NCBI GenBank assembly: GCA_965649765.1
Contig: OZ287754.1
Span: 33,852,001-33,916,000, forward strand
Length of the DNA: 64,000 nucleotides
Origin: Bispira polyomma
Taxonomy: Eukaryota
Direction: 5' to 3'
Positions 36,748 to 50,665 of this stretch are shown here, piece after piece. The stretch's first letter is position 1. Each line of letters starts with the position of its first letter. The notes under the pieces are model-generated. The model saw nothing but the letters and a program-made list of their open reading frames with translations, was not told the DNA's origin and did no database searches. Made by a program: the position numbers and the translations under genes.

Positions 36748-39700
36748 ATATCTTGCAACACATTGATATGGTGTTGGTTTGTTTGTGAGTGAAGTATTTG
36801 TAAATCTTGCCTTTGATAGTCTTTATAGTTATCTCTGTCTAATTTGCCTTGACTTAATTTTGCTTCATAAAGTGTCGAACAGAATGCACTTTAAATAACC
36901 TTAAGTTTGCATTTTGTATCCTAAAAATTTGCTTCCTTTATCTGACTGTATGGTTTCTGGTGTCCTTTCCTTAAAAGCCAGTGAGAAACAGCTTTATCTC
37001 CAGATTTGTTTATCAAGGTATTGTCTACACATACTGTGAAAATATATCTATGGCTAATTTTGCTATATTTATCTGGTCGACATCCCACGGCTGCTCTATC
37101 GTCAATGCAATGATTTTGTTTCTTTTAATATTCCTTCTTGTAGGTTTGTGCAACATATACATGGTATGTGTTTAGTCCACCTCACCAGGATTTCACATCT
37201 GTTAGAGTTACGTACCATTCTTCTTTATTTACAACCTCATAAAGCTTTTCAGGCTCAGAAAAACTAGCAGGCTGGACAGGATTTAAGTAAATTGAATTCA
37301 TAAGTTCGTTCACTATTTTTTCTTTACACTAGGATTTGGCAAGTAAGACAGTAAAAAGAGGGTTTGAGGTGCTTAATTTTTACAAGTGTACAGGTAAAAT
37401 ATAAAATAAAGTAGTAATTTTTCCAATATTTTGAAATTTTCAACACCAGCCAAACTATGAGAAACAAGGAATTGTTGAGGCGAATGTGATACTCAGGTCC
37501 CACAGTGGCAAATTGGGAGCGTGAATCATAGTGAATCTGAAGATCGCCATGGATTGTAGTGGCTTTTTTGTAGTGGTAGCTTCTTAATAACCTCCTTGTA
37601 CAAACACTCACCATCCCTCTTTATCCTTGCCACCTTTGATCAGACCAACTATTCTCCACAATCAGAAGCCACATTTTATTGGTAGTGAGGCCCCAAAGTG
37701 ACCACAGCCAAAACTATCACATGTACTTCACTCATTTCCTCCAACACCACAGTGTGTATAAAAGCATGAGCCATCAGCTGAATAAAGAAAATATCAAAAT
37801 TGTTTCCTTTCACAACGGTTGTGTCAATGGCACATCACATAGCCTGTTACATGGCAAAGTATATAGCTCTCTGTTTGATTTTTTCCAGCATGTTTGGACG
37901 GCATTTACATATATGAATGAATGAAAAATACTGCATTTTATGCCATATGTCTGGAAACATCATATCTGATGCCGTAGTGCTGTATCACATGTCAGTATGA
38001 CATGTCAGTACGTCAAATAAGTGTTTTTTTAGTATAATGTTATTGTCAAAAACTACAGATGATATCACGACTGGCTGGTTAATAAATTTCTACACTGTAA
38101 GTCTACTGTAATATTCGTTATGCAATGCCCGAGATCCAAACTGGTGGCTGTAGAGGTGGGAGTGTTATCTGTACCCCACAAATACCCAGTCAGGGAAAGA
38201 TAACGAGGTTGAAAGTCAAGCCAAAGAGACCAAGTCTGACATGCCAGGAGAGAGTGATGAACCTCTGTCATATAGCAAGTGGAGAACCAAGATCCATGGC
38301 ATGGATGATGCAGTTTCTAGAAGAGAATCCAATATTCAACAGAAAAGACTTCAAAGATTATAAAGACGCCCAGAAGAAGAGGCTCTGGGTTGACAAGGTT
38401 GTATCTCTGGACTAGCCTTAATGTGTGATGGCACCAGGAATGAACACTCTATACCATGCTCACCAAAGTAGTGCCTGGAGCTATGGTCAAGACGTTGACA
38501 GAACAGGAACAACAAATCCTGGCCAAATCCGACTTCTTTAAGGGGAACATAACCTGCCAAACTGGCTGTGTCAGCTTCAAGATAAGTATAACAATGTGTC
38601 ATTGAATTGGCACGGTTTTTTCTGTTTATTAATTTTGATATTGACTTGTAATTGAATTTTTTAATTTGTGTGGCCTGGGGTTGTTTCTCATTTGATTAAT
38701 AACATTGAATCGTAAAAGTAAAATAATAGAATGGATAATGTAATGCAATATTAATTGCAAAAAGAATAATTTGAATTTCAGTCCCAGAAATTTACCATAC
38801 TTTAAAATGTATTTAAGCTTTCTTCTGTCTGTTATTATTTGTCACTAATGTTGTTTTTCAATGTCTTACCATAACAGATTGTGCCACAAACCTGCATACA
38901 GCCAAGGAACTACAGCCCAGCTTTCGTCACTTATAGAAACAGAGGTTTAGCAGCCTAGGACCAAACACAGAGATGCCTGAGCTTTAATGCTATAGGCACC
39001 CAAACCACTGTACCCAAGGCATCCAGGATCCCAATGGGGAGGGAGAGTTCATATGTGAGCCGGTGGAACCAAGAGCAGATTGTCAATATTCTGTTCAGGC
39101 ACAAGGCCCGGTCTCAAGACTGCTGTACACTCTGCATGTTTGTGATTGAAACTGATGCAATATACGCGTGTAAGTATCAGTAGAAACAGCCTATCCAGAC
39201 CCACACAGTCATAATCCATAATCCTGCAACCACAGCTGCAAGTCTACTGGACGAACCAGCCACAACATCTCATCTTCACCTTAGCCACAACACCAACTTT
39301 GTTGCTCAAACCCCAAAAGTAGCGACTCTGTATCAGGCTGCAAAATATCTCATTTACCTCGACAGCTTGCAGAGCTCAGTATTCTACCTATAGCCTCAAT
39401 GGAGGAAGACATAAGGACAAGGTAAACTGGACATTAATACTTTTTCAATACCTATTATTATTTATTATGTACCCGTGGTTTAATATTGCTATATAGGGTG
39501 TCGGGGAATGTTTTTTGTGTGTTGTTTACCTGTTATGATAAATTTCGTGAAACATTGTAAATTAATGTATATTCCATATATGTTCCATATATTGGGGTTG
39601 TTCATGACCTAAAACTGTCCTATTGTTTGAAACTTATCTACTGAAATACAACTGACACTAATTAACATCAAAACATTAAACAAAAAAACAAAAATAAGAT

Positions 39701-39862
39701 TGATAAACGTGCACCCAATTGCCATGTTCCTGTCAAAAAAGGGGTTATAGAATTAACAAAAAGAGTTGAAGAATTGAAAAAAGGTAGACTTGTTGAAAGA
39801 GTATATCCTTAAACCAAGCTAGGCCTAAAAGGGAAGTATGAATTAAGCTGCGAGTAAACAGG

Positions 39863-42800
39863 GAGAAAAAATTTTAAATTAGCCCAAACACAAGTTCAAG
39901 CAGAAGAGAGGAGTTTTGAAAAGGTAAGTGGGATTATAGAGGCGGCTTGAGAAGTAGATTACAAATATGTCCAAACGGCAGAACTTCGCCACAGCCCATG
40001 TGCCATAATATTCTGTAAAGAAACATTGTTGTTAAACGCCAGAGTGGCACCAGATCTTCTGAAGGTGTGAAATCTGTGGATGGAAGAGTTAATTCCTAAA
40101 TGTTGAAGTACTGTTCTTAAAGCTGCCCGAATATGTGAGTGAAGTTGTGAAACAAAAATTGGTGAGAGTGGATAGATTTTTCTAGATGCACAGAGTTCTG
40201 TAAGAGCCTTAACTGGGCAAAGTAGTGGGTTGTCTATTTCTGGTAATTGCAACGTGTGATTTGGTTCTGTCTTGCATATTCTTTGCCCATTTTATTATTA
40301 TATGGACCCCAGGGGGGCCAAAAATAAGATCTTGTTTCAACAAGTGTCTTGAGGCATCAAATTTGCTCCTGGAGTTGGGGGCAATATTTCACATGCGCAG
40401 AAATCCATAAAATGCTGTAAGAAATATGGCTCTATATAGTGCTAGGTCATTCAAAATTTGGCAGGTTTTTGAAATTTCTAACAATTGGTGTATGTCAAAA
40501 ACCCTTTTTGAAGAAGGCCTAAAAGGGAAAGTATGAATTAAGCTGCGAGTAAACAGGCAGACAGAGTTGTGTTCTAGCACTGTGTGGTTTAGGTTATATT
40601 TGAGAAACATAAACTTAATACCAAGTAGTTGTTGACAACTATTGGAGATATATTGTTCTGAGTAAGATATTCCAGGAAAGCAAGTACAGAGTGTACTGTG
40701 ATGTCTTTTATATTCACTTATTGTAACAAAGTAAGAAAAGTCCTGAGATGACTGGAATATGCTGTTGTGGTAGCAGGCCTGAGTGCAGAATGTATCCTAT
40801 TGATGGCTGCTAAACCCAACATGTCTGAAGAAGATGTGGAACCTGAAATCACACATTAAGGTTGAGATTAAAATGTGACACTGGAACTTGTTTTCGTTCA
40901 AATGTGGCTAATAGCCTCATCATTTCCCTATTGGGTGGGTTATCCGAATATACTCTGGATAACGCATCTGCCAAAATATTTTCCTTACCCTTAATATGGA
41001 CTATATAATGTCATAAGTAGAGGTAATCAACCAAATATTGCGAATGCATGCTGCTAAGTACATGTCTCTTGTTTTTCCAGTCTGTACGACCAGGACCACG
41101 GCCATGTTGTCACAGTGGACAGTCACCCTTTGGTGTGCCCAGTCTTTTCCCCAAATTTTTAATGCTAACACTATATTCACCATTTCTAATTGTGTAACAG
41201 TAGGTCAGTGTCATAACTTTTGTGAACAGGTGTATAGTATACCTGATTATTCCAAATTCCCCCATGGCCTGTCAAACATGCATCTAGATACATTTCTTTA
41301 TCAGCCTTAGTTGGGATAGGATTTATATATGTAATGCCATTATATGAAAATAGAAACTTGATAAACCAATCTAAGTCCTGTTTGATATTATTAGTAACCT
41401 TAAAATGTTTAGCACCGGGAGATGCTCTAAACACTGACGAAAGACGGTTAATGAAACATCTAGCTGGTTTAACACATTTATGTATGTAAAGGAGTTTTCC
41501 CAAAATTGATTGAAACTTAATGCGCAATAGCCGTGATGTCTGACGTGCTTCCATACGAGCTTCAAAAATTTCTGTAATCTTTTCTTTAGTAATACTTATT
41601 GTACCTTCAGATATGTCTATGTCTATTCCCAGAAACGTAACCTTAGTGGAAGGAACACATACTTTATCCAGATTCATAGGGAGGCCTAAATAGTTCAAAA
41701 GGTTGCAAAGTTGCAAGAAACCTTCCTCTGCTTTGTTTTTATGGCAGACGCAGGCGTAATCATCAATGTAACAATGCAATTTAAATCCCAACTTTTGCAT
41801 GTGATCTGCTGTAAGGTCAGAGCATCGCTGAAACACGGCTCTGCTGTGAGCCCAGCCGAATGCAACGGCAGCGTCAACGTAGTCATCATGCTTGATGCCT
41901 AGCTTTAGTGCGTCCACCGGATCTACCCTTAAATTACGGAATGCGCACGCAACGTCCACCTTGAAGATTTGAGGTTCTTTAGTTTCGCGAATACTGTCTA
42001 TGACGTTGTCAATGTTGGAAATTTCAAATTTTATGCCATCATAGGATTCCCTAATTACATTGTCATTAACCCGATATCTAGAAGGATGGGAAAGGTTGAG
42101 AATGACCCTACGTTTGTCTACGTCCTTAGGTCTAGTGAGCAAAGGGGAGCAGTGAAATTGCAAATCTGGTACCTTGTCCACTGGGCCCAACATGGCACCC
42201 TTACTCCGTTTCTTTTCAAGATATTGATCAATAGCTTCAGAAAATTGTAACGCAGAGTGATGGTTAACTATGTCTGAGCAATGTAATTGGTCAGGATTAT
42301 TTAAGGAAAGAGGGAAGACTTTTAAATACTGCACGATCAATTTATCTGGGTGGTCTTTTGCAATATCCTTCCAAGCTTCAATGTTAAGTATTCTTGCCTG
42401 TCTATAATTTGGCAGTCCAGTATTCCTAATAATATTTGCTACTTCTGTCATGACCTTAATATTATCTATATGGACCGAATGCCTGTCTGGTCCTATAAAT
42501 TGAAATTTTCTGTCTGATACTTTGATGAAACCAATGCTCTTAGAAACATCCGAGATGTCCTTAATATTATTTGTAAGTTTAGCAGAAGAACTTTCTGGGC
42601 TAATCAGCCCGTCTATGGTTAGATCAGTCGGATTATTCACGTACGTTGAGCTCACCTTGATTTTTGTGTCGCTTCTCTTTGTATGAGTAGCAACTGTGTT
42701 TTCAACAACTGTTTGACTGTCATTCGCCTCAATCAGCTTGTCGATAACACCACATAAATATTGAGTATAATCACATGAATTCCTGTCATAACTGGTCAAG

Positions 42801-44855
42801 TCCTGTTTGTAATTTAAGTGGGCCAATTTTGCATTGGTTTGTTGTTCAACACTAAGTTGCTAAACATTCCACATCACTTGCACTGAAATAGTAACACTCA
42901 TAATATCCAAAGTAATTAATTGAAAACTTGGTAGGTCACTAAGCGTGACATAAATGATTCTATTTCCTTGGTGTACTACATAGCAGAAGCCCGACCAGTC
43001 ACTGTTCTCTTTGAAATGCAAGTACACCACCTGGTGCTGTAAACCACTTTGTGGCCTATAAAACATGCAGTTCATTACAAATATGTCACATTTGGTATCC
43101 ATAATGTCACCATATATGAGAACATTGTTTGGACTATAATGTCCTTGACTATGTACATATTCATGTGTAAGTTCGTTCTTGATTGTACTTTTTCAGACAT
43201 TATTGAAATCATTGCTTACTGTTGAAGCTATGGATTCATTATATATTTTCTTGCTATTACTAATATGATAATTTGTTGGAAAATGAACTTGGTTGTTTCC
43301 ACAGAATTTGTAATTTATAAAATTACAATTATTAGATATATTATCATTACCAAATTTACAAAGCTCTTTTGTTACTTTATCACTATTATCACAATTTTCG
43401 ACTTGGTCTATAGTCCCAACACCTGGTCGTTGACTGACTACCTATTTATTTACTTCACTATTGTCTACGGTCTTTTTACTGCTTCCTGCCTTGGTACACT
43501 TGTGCTCTGGGTGAACACTTTCATTGTTTCCATTTTTAAAGCAATAATTACGTATGTGCCTATATTGGCCATGATCCCCTTTATATGAGCACGAGCCGTT
43601 ATTAAAAAACTTGCACACACTTTTCACCTTCTGGTTTAGCTGAGTTGACTGGGGATTCACTAAGGCAAGTGGTGAGGCGTTGCATTTGCCCAATCCAGTC
43701 TCCCCTCCTCGACTTCTTGCATATTAACTCCCCATGCTGCCCTTACTGCTGGCCAGGGCAGCAAAGCAGCATCACAAAACGTATAGACCATTTGATGAAG
43801 CATCTATCTCATCAGATTCGGATCCGAAACTTGGGCAACATTAGCCAGTTGGCCCACTGAGCCCACTGAGGTATTGATAGCTCATTATAGTTGGGTCTTT
43901 TTCTGGCAGTTCCCCCTAACCAGCCCTCGTTTGCCCATCATGCTTGCGGTTCAGCGACACAAACATCAGTAGTATTGTAGCGCTCAGATTTGTGACGTAA
44001 ATGGGGCTTACCTTGAGACAGTTTGTGTCTTAGCTGGGTGTTGTAAGCTGCCAATCTCTGGTTTACTGCGGCACTGACTTCCGGGATCATCTTCATGACA
44101 TCAATACGTGGGATGATATCGTCCCGTTGGTAATCTTGGTGATGTTGTGTAGGAAATGAGGCCGATTTGCCGTGTGTGTGGAGTGGTTGAGCCGGCTGTA
44201 CATGTTGTGGAGGTGATACCTAACACGTCGGTAACACAGGAACAGTCCTGGCCCGGAGATCCATCATGGTGTCATTGCGTGCCGGATGCATCGGTGAATT
44301 TGATGGGGTTGAATTGGCTGTACCCTTTAATTCCACCCTGTCGAGCCGTTTGTTAATATCGGCTTTGGCAGATTCCAGAAGTTGTAAAATGGACATTACT
44401 TCGGCCATTACATTACTTTCTGTCGGACGTACAGGTGGTTCTATTTCGGATAATGGTTCACGTAAATTTCTTACCACTGGGTCCTTTATTTTTGCAGACG
44501 CTGCCTGCCTTGTGGTCAAAGGTGCACATGTAAGGCTGTATAACTCATTCAACACAAAAACTAAAAACCCTAAAATCTAACTATGTACACGTTACTTGAA
44601 AAAAACTCTTGTAAAACCATAAATTTCCTCTTGTAAAACATAAAATTTTCTTTCAGTGTTTACTGTTCAATGTCTAAATCAAAATGGTGCTAGAATCTGG
44701 ATATACAGAAGCTAGATCAGCAGGGGGGTTAATTAGTGATTGGTTCCTACCGTCACAGTTAAATGAACAAGTGCAGAACAAGAAAGATTTTTCAAAATGA
44801 TAATATGGCTGTGTGGTGAACTGACACAGCAGTCCCCTGAAGTGGTCGTGCTAGT
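39863..44855 (-). mobile_element. Ngaro-like tyrosine-recombinase retrotransposon, decayed
   Basis: YR FHTFRRSGATLAF...HGLWRSSAVWTY (39959-40850), RT-RNH 41186-42826 (YIDD, DACLTG), gag zinc finger CKFFNNGSC..H. Confidence 0.88.
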
Positions 44856-45204
44856 CATATTACTAACTCCTTATCAGAGTGATGTCTTTACTGAATTCTA
44901 ACAGCCTAGATTTCTTTATTTAATGGTACAGTCCCATAACAATGATCACTTTTACGGTAAGCCACGGGCACCCTGTATATCCCAGTTAGAAGTGTCTCAC
45001 GATTGGGAGGTACACTGTTGATTATTATGGATTCACTCTATGAGGGCTGTGATGGTTAAAACCTTGGGACTTGATAATAGGGAGGTAGCGTGATACCGTG
45101 GATGCTCACAGGAAAGACAGTGACATACCAGTATCCCTGTCTAATACATACCAGTACAACATACAGCCACCCAGGCTCTCGCAATCAATTAGGCTGGATA
45201 GACT

Positions 45205-45665
45205 GGTACCCCAAGGACTCCTGGTGATTCCATGGGACTTCTGAGGGTAATACCATGGGACTTCTGGTAATGATACCATTAGACTTCTGGGGGTGAAACC
45301 AGGGGACTTCTGGTGGTGATATCATGGGACTTCTGGTGGTGATACCATGGAACTTCTGGGGGTGATACCAGGGGACTTCTGGGGTGATACCATGAGACTT
45401 CTGGTGGTGATAGCACGGAACTTCTGGGGGTGATACCAGGGGACTTCTGGTGGTGATACCATGGGACTTCTGGTGGTGATAGCACGGAACTTCTGGGGAT
45501 GGTACCAGGGGACTTCTGGGGTGATACCATGGGACTTCTTGGGTACAACCACAGGACTGCTGGGAGTAGCATGAAGACTTCTGTGAGTACCACAGGACTT
45601 TTAGGGTACTATAGGACTTCTGGGGGGATCACAGGACGTCTGGGGGTACTACAGGGACTTCTAGG
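45205..45665. repeat. ~20-22-bp minisatellite (duplicate of 24880-25540)
   Basis: Same GGTGATACCATGGGACTTCTGG unit. Confidence 0.9.
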
Positions 45666-46214
45666 GTTACGTGTTTTGTCCATCTCACCAGGATTTCACA
45701 TCTGTTAGACGTACATACCAGTCTTCTTTATTTGCAGCCTCATAAAGCTTTTCAGGCCCAGAAAAACTAGCGGGGTGGACAGGATTAAATTAAATTGAAT
45801 TCAAAAGTTTGCTCATTATTTTCTCCTCAATTTGTAAACTTATCTTACTGGTAGTAGTTTCTATATTTTGTGATATGTATGTGGCAATATTATTATGCCA
45901 AAGAAACTGGGTGTGGGAAAATGGGGGTTAGGCCTCGGGAGATTAGAGTGGCAGATAACTCGGTTCTGAGGGGTGCCCTACCAAGGATGAGGTGGTAGAT
46001 GTGGGTCCTGATTAGAGTGGGAAGGTTCTCAAGCTTCAGCCCTCATCCACAGAGAGGATTATATCTAGCTGACAGAAATCTAAGAAGATGAGATGGCCAA
46101 TTAGATTTAGGACATCTGCCTCTGTAACAAGGCAGGATGGAGTACCGGGATGTGGATAAGAAGGCTGTGTTGTAGGGGCAGCAGGCAGAGTTGATAGATA
46201 CGGATACAGATCTC

Positions 46215-47740
46215 TTTTATTTATTTAAATTTAATTCAATTTAAATTGCCCACTTAATTAAATTTATGTATGAAAAATTATAACACGGCTAATATAATCT
46301 GAATGTTTATAAAATTATTTGTTGTGTCTGAAAATCTGTTAAAATATAGAGAACGAAAGTAAGTATTAAGTATTAATCTAGATATCGTTAATTAAATTAG
46401 TCATGCAAAAGTCCTTCACATACATCTACAAACGGTTGTCATTGCAAAATGAATGCAGACGGATTTTCTACATCTCTGCTGTTAGCTTTGCGAACAGAAT
46501 TTTTAATTCTCCATTTATGCAAATTATAATTAAAGTTTATTATTCTATTGATAACTCTGTATTAAAAGCTTTGTAAGTAATTCAAAATTTTATAAGGAAG
46601 ACTAAATATTTTATTCCAGTAATTTTTTCTAAAAATGGTTACAAATCAATCCTTTTCTTAGTGAAGTTGGTTGTTTTGATTTTGTGCTCAATAAGCTCTT
46701 TATTTATTTGCTTAAAGGTGGTCTTCATCAAAGCTACACATTTTTTATTTATTTTAATTTTAATGTCATTTGCCAACGGTCTGAGAGATCAATATCTACT
46801 TGTTGTAATTGGCATTTCCATAGTTTTGGACTATAATAGAGTTATAATACATCTGATTTAAGTTTGCATTAAGTTTGTTATTTACAGCAATTCTTTGTAA
46901 AATGTTACCGGTATTATCTAATATATCTATAATTTTTATATTGTAGCCATATTTATTTGGAAACTGCTTCAATATAATATGCTTTTTGGCAACGGTTATA
47001 TTTTTATTGTATAGTAGGTATTCATTTAATATCTTGATGTTACTCTTGGGATCTATACAATATATCTTGTACCAACATTCTAGTATTTGCTTATGAAATG
47101 GTGTTAAACTGTTGTTTATCCAAGTAAGGCTAATTTTCTTAGTTAAGATATTTTCATTGAGTGATAACATATTAAGGAATAAAACCTTCCAATTGGTATT
47201 TTCATTACCATTAAGTCTTTTCATCCAGCTACATTTAGCTGCTGCATGCATTTTATACACATCAACCATTTTTAGCCCACTTTTGCTTATTGATCCAGTT
47301 ACTGTATCTCGTTTTACTTCAGCAGGTTTGCTTTTCCATAAAAAGGTGAAAAACAATTTATTAATTATATCAAGAACATCTTTGGGGACATAAATTGAAT
47401 GAAAGAGAAATAAAATTTGTGGCAATATAAGAGATTTTAATATAGTTACTCTCCCTTTCAATGATAGGTTTCTAGAATTCCAAATGTATAATAACCATTT
47501 GATACTTTCTATTCTGTCTTTTAAATTTAGATCTACCATTTCCTTTATGTTTCCTGAAAACCAAATACCTAGTATTTTAACAGGGCTTTTCCTAATTTTA
47601 ATTTTCTTTAAAAATTTTGGTTTTGAGGGATTTGTGTATGTGTTTGCCCCAATTGGAACTATTTTTGTCTTTCAAGATTAAGTTTTAAGCCATAGCAGAA
47701 CTGCTATTAAGTTTTAAGCCAGAACAGAACTGCTATAAAT
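46215..47740 (-). mobile_element. L1/Tx1-clade LINE fragment (RT C-terminal region)
   Basis: WNSRNLSLKGRVTILKSLILPQI...FLWK...GL motif in ORF 46796-47539, with downstream cysteine remnants. Confidence 0.75.
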
Positions 47741-48329
47741 GCTGCAGATTGAATAGGATTTGAATGATTGAATGATCAAGCTCAACATAAGATTTATTGG
47801 TATATCATTTACATGTTAATATGCTGGCTTAAATCAAACCTATAAGGAAATTAGTTGATCCTATAGACATCTTTTATACTTTTGAGTTATTTAGCCTAGA
47901 TATCGTTGGCCTGTGCCTGAGTCTCAGATGCTGTTATAAATGATATTTCATTTTTTTTAAACAGAGACAAGATTAAAAATTATGAGGAATGATATAATCA
48001 TTCATGAATTGTGACAGGCAAAATGCGCATATATTAGCTAGTGATTTCACCAAATTATATTTCTGAATGAGAGGATTACAATGAATAAGATTTACATTAA
48101 TATTATATATCACTTCCACAGAGAGTTTATGCAGTGGGTGTGTAAAACCCTCTCAGCTTATTTTCATTAGAAAGGAGATTCTGTCAGATCGGTACTACAG
48201 ACAGCTGTGCCACTTGTGTCTAGTTCTGAAGGATACCTAGTTTGCATGTCGGCAATTCTCAGGCTTTTATCACCCTTTTGATTTGGTGACCGTGGGGGTC
48301 GCTCAGATGATGACTTTGTAGACAGGTTA

Positions 48330-49096
48330 AACCATGAGTTGTCCATGCTACTGATGATAGTGTTTGCTGTTGTGGTGAGTTTTGAACCATGAGTTGTCCG
48401 TGCTACTAATGGTAGTGTTTACTGTTGTGGTAAGATTTGAACCATGAGTTGTCCGTGCTACTGATGATAGTGTTTGCTGTTGTGGTGAATATTGAACCAT
48501 GAGTTGTCCATGCTACTAATGGTAGTGTTTACTGTCGTGGTGAGTTTTGAACCATGAGTTGTCCGTGCTACTAATGGTAGTGTTTGCGGTCGTGGTGAGT
48601 TTTGAACCATGAGTTGTCCGTGCTACTGATGATAGTGTTTGCTGTTGTGGTGACTTTTGAACCATCAGTTGTCCGTGCTACTGATGATAGTGTTTGCTGT
48701 TGTGGTGACTTTTGAAATATCAGTTGTCCGTGCTACTAATGATAGTGTCTGCTGTTGTGGTAAGTTTTTGAACCATGAGTTGTCTGCGCTACTAATAATA
48801 GTATTTGCTGTTGTGGTGAGTTTTGAACCATCAGTTGTCCATGCTACTAATGGTAGTGTTTGCTGTTGTGGTAAGTTTTTGAACCATGAGTTGTCTGCGC
48901 TACTAATAATAGTATTTGCTGTTGTGGTGAGTTCTGAACCATGAGTTGTCCATGCTACTAATGGTAGTGTTTGCTGTTGTGGTGAGTTTTTAAACCATGA
49001 GTTGTCCGTGCTACTGATGATAGTGTTTGCTGTTGTGGTGAGTTTTTAAACCATGAGTTGTCCGTGCTACTAATGATAGTGTTTGCTGTTGTGGTG
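48330..49096. repeat. 55-56-bp minisatellite (14 copies) built from innexin exon 1 end + donor
   Basis: Unit AACCATGAGTTGTCCGTGCTACTGATGATAGTGTTTGCTGTTGTG|GTGAGTTTTG; the first copy is the real exon end. Confidence 0.95.
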
Positions 49097-49353
49097 CTAA
49101 AAAAAAAATCACTGTTAATGCCTGTATATGTATGTTATCAGTAGATCAGTCTAAGTAGTATGTAGGAGATCCAATACACCTATTATACATATGTTGTTGT
49201 AGACTAGTACTAGTATACAAGGCACTATATACGAGATCCTATCATTGTAGGTCAGTACTAATGTGGGTTCACACTATTGTGGTATTGAGTGGCGGTAAGA
49301 GAAGCTATAGAAATTGCCTGGTAGTCTGTGCAATGCTATCTACAAATTCCCAT

Positions 49354-49470
49354 AACTACCACCTTTCCCACATAGACATCGACGGGAGGCGAACTGCCGA
49401 CCATTCATTCTCCAGAGGTGAGAGACCAGTGATTGCGAAGCGAAATGCTTGCTAAACACTAGGCCACCGC
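49354..49470 (-). mobile_element. SINE fragment (5' tRNA-like head)
   Basis: Matches the head of the SINE at 4907. Confidence 0.75.
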
Positions 49471-49964
49471 CTTATGCAAAAGTGTCTTACCATTCATAAA
49501 TTTAATGGGAGTTATCAGACGGTTTGAAGAGAAACAAGGTGAAAATACCTGATGACGACCTGTTGATGCCAGAGTGTGATACTATTAGTGTGATATTGTC
49601 ATAACTTTAGGTCACACAGCGTGGGGTGATCTAATGTTGAACCAATATGATAAGCAGATGGTATCATACATTATCATTCGGTATGGGATGATTCCAGTCA
49701 GAACCAATGCGATTGTGTCTCGTTGGCAGAAGGTAACACCCATTATGAACTGGATACCTTTTGTGGCAATAAGTGTATGAGGCGACTGCAGTCTTTTTAT
49801 CCGGCGTTGTTTGGATTACCAAAAACGAAAAACCCACAAAATGCCTGGAAAGAACTCACAAAAAAGGAAAATGATAAGCATTGGTCTTTGGGCTGTGAAG
49901 CCTGATCTGGAACCAGAAAAAGCCAATAAGACATTTACTTAACTTATCACTTCTTAAAAGCAGG

Positions 49965-50665
49965 TTTCCTGCCTGTTTAAAAACTGCTTTTGTTACCTCC
50001 TACTCAAGAAATCCAACCCAAAACATACTTGAAATTTTGGGTCTCTTTTCAACTTTAGTTTTATTTCCAAAATTATTGGAACATGTCCAAAAACAACAAG
50101 CAGCCAACCTATATCAGTCTGGCCACAGAAAAGTCATTCAACTGAAAGTGTGCTCTTATACATATGTAATGAAATCGGACTTGCTCTTGACAAAGGTGAA
50201 GTTAATGCTTTGACACTGCTGGATCTGTCAGCAGCGTTTGATACCATGGACCACAACATCTTAAAAGACACATTCAGAACTTGGTTTGGCAGTGGATTGC
50301 ATTATACCTTGCAAATAGAAGCCAAATAATCAAAATTGATGATCATCTGTCTATTCCTTTCAACTTACCTGCTACCTCTTTTTTCGAAATCTTGAAAAAA
50401 TCAGAAAACACATAACTCATCAAACTGCCATAGTCATAGTAATTGCACTCTTAAGCAGTCAATTGGACTACTGCAATTATCTGATTGTTGGAATAAAGTA
50501 CCAACTGCAGAGGCTACAATCAATCCAGAATTATCTGTGCAGAGTTGTGTACTGTGCGGGATCTTGCATCAGTACAACTTCTTTTCTCAAAAGGCTACAT
50601 TGGCTACCTGTCAAGTACCTCATCATTTTCAAGACCAATGTTACTACATACAAAGCTCTGAGGCA
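49965..50665 (+). mobile_element. L2 LINE fragment, highly decayed
   Basis: HSTESVLL...LLDLSAAFDTMDH, DYCNYL, LHWLPVKY. Confidence 0.75.

Larger units (their letters stand above)
25900..37320 (-). mobile_element. Polinton/Maverick integrase relic interrupted by the Gypsy element
   Basis: Minus-strand remnants NPVQPASFSEPEKLYEVV (about 37230-37285), AIDIFSQYV, RTPETIQSDKGSKF and IYKYFTHKQT..VLQD; continues left of the Gypsy (ITNGY...GDLVRI). Confidence 0.6.
37690..45830 (-). pseudogene. Broken tandem segmental duplicate of the SH3b-M23 locus
   Basis: Exon 3 copy at 37690-37777 (GGA->TGA stop, donor lost); intron 2 copy to about 39820; upstream sequence resumes at about 44862 (matches 24243 onward), followed by the 21-bp minisatellite and the Polinton fragment (matches 37170-37320). 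Exons 1-2 are replaced by a Ngaro element. Confidence 0.85.

Noticed and set aside
45850-46200. GC-richer segment, possible LINE or gene fragment
   Set aside because: No recognisable motif or usable ORF; cannot be classified by eye.
48330-49096. CRISPR-like array
   Set aside because: Units are contiguous tandem copies without unique spacers, there are no cas genes, and the context is eukaryotic. The same applies to the arrays at 59970-60755 and 23385-23842.
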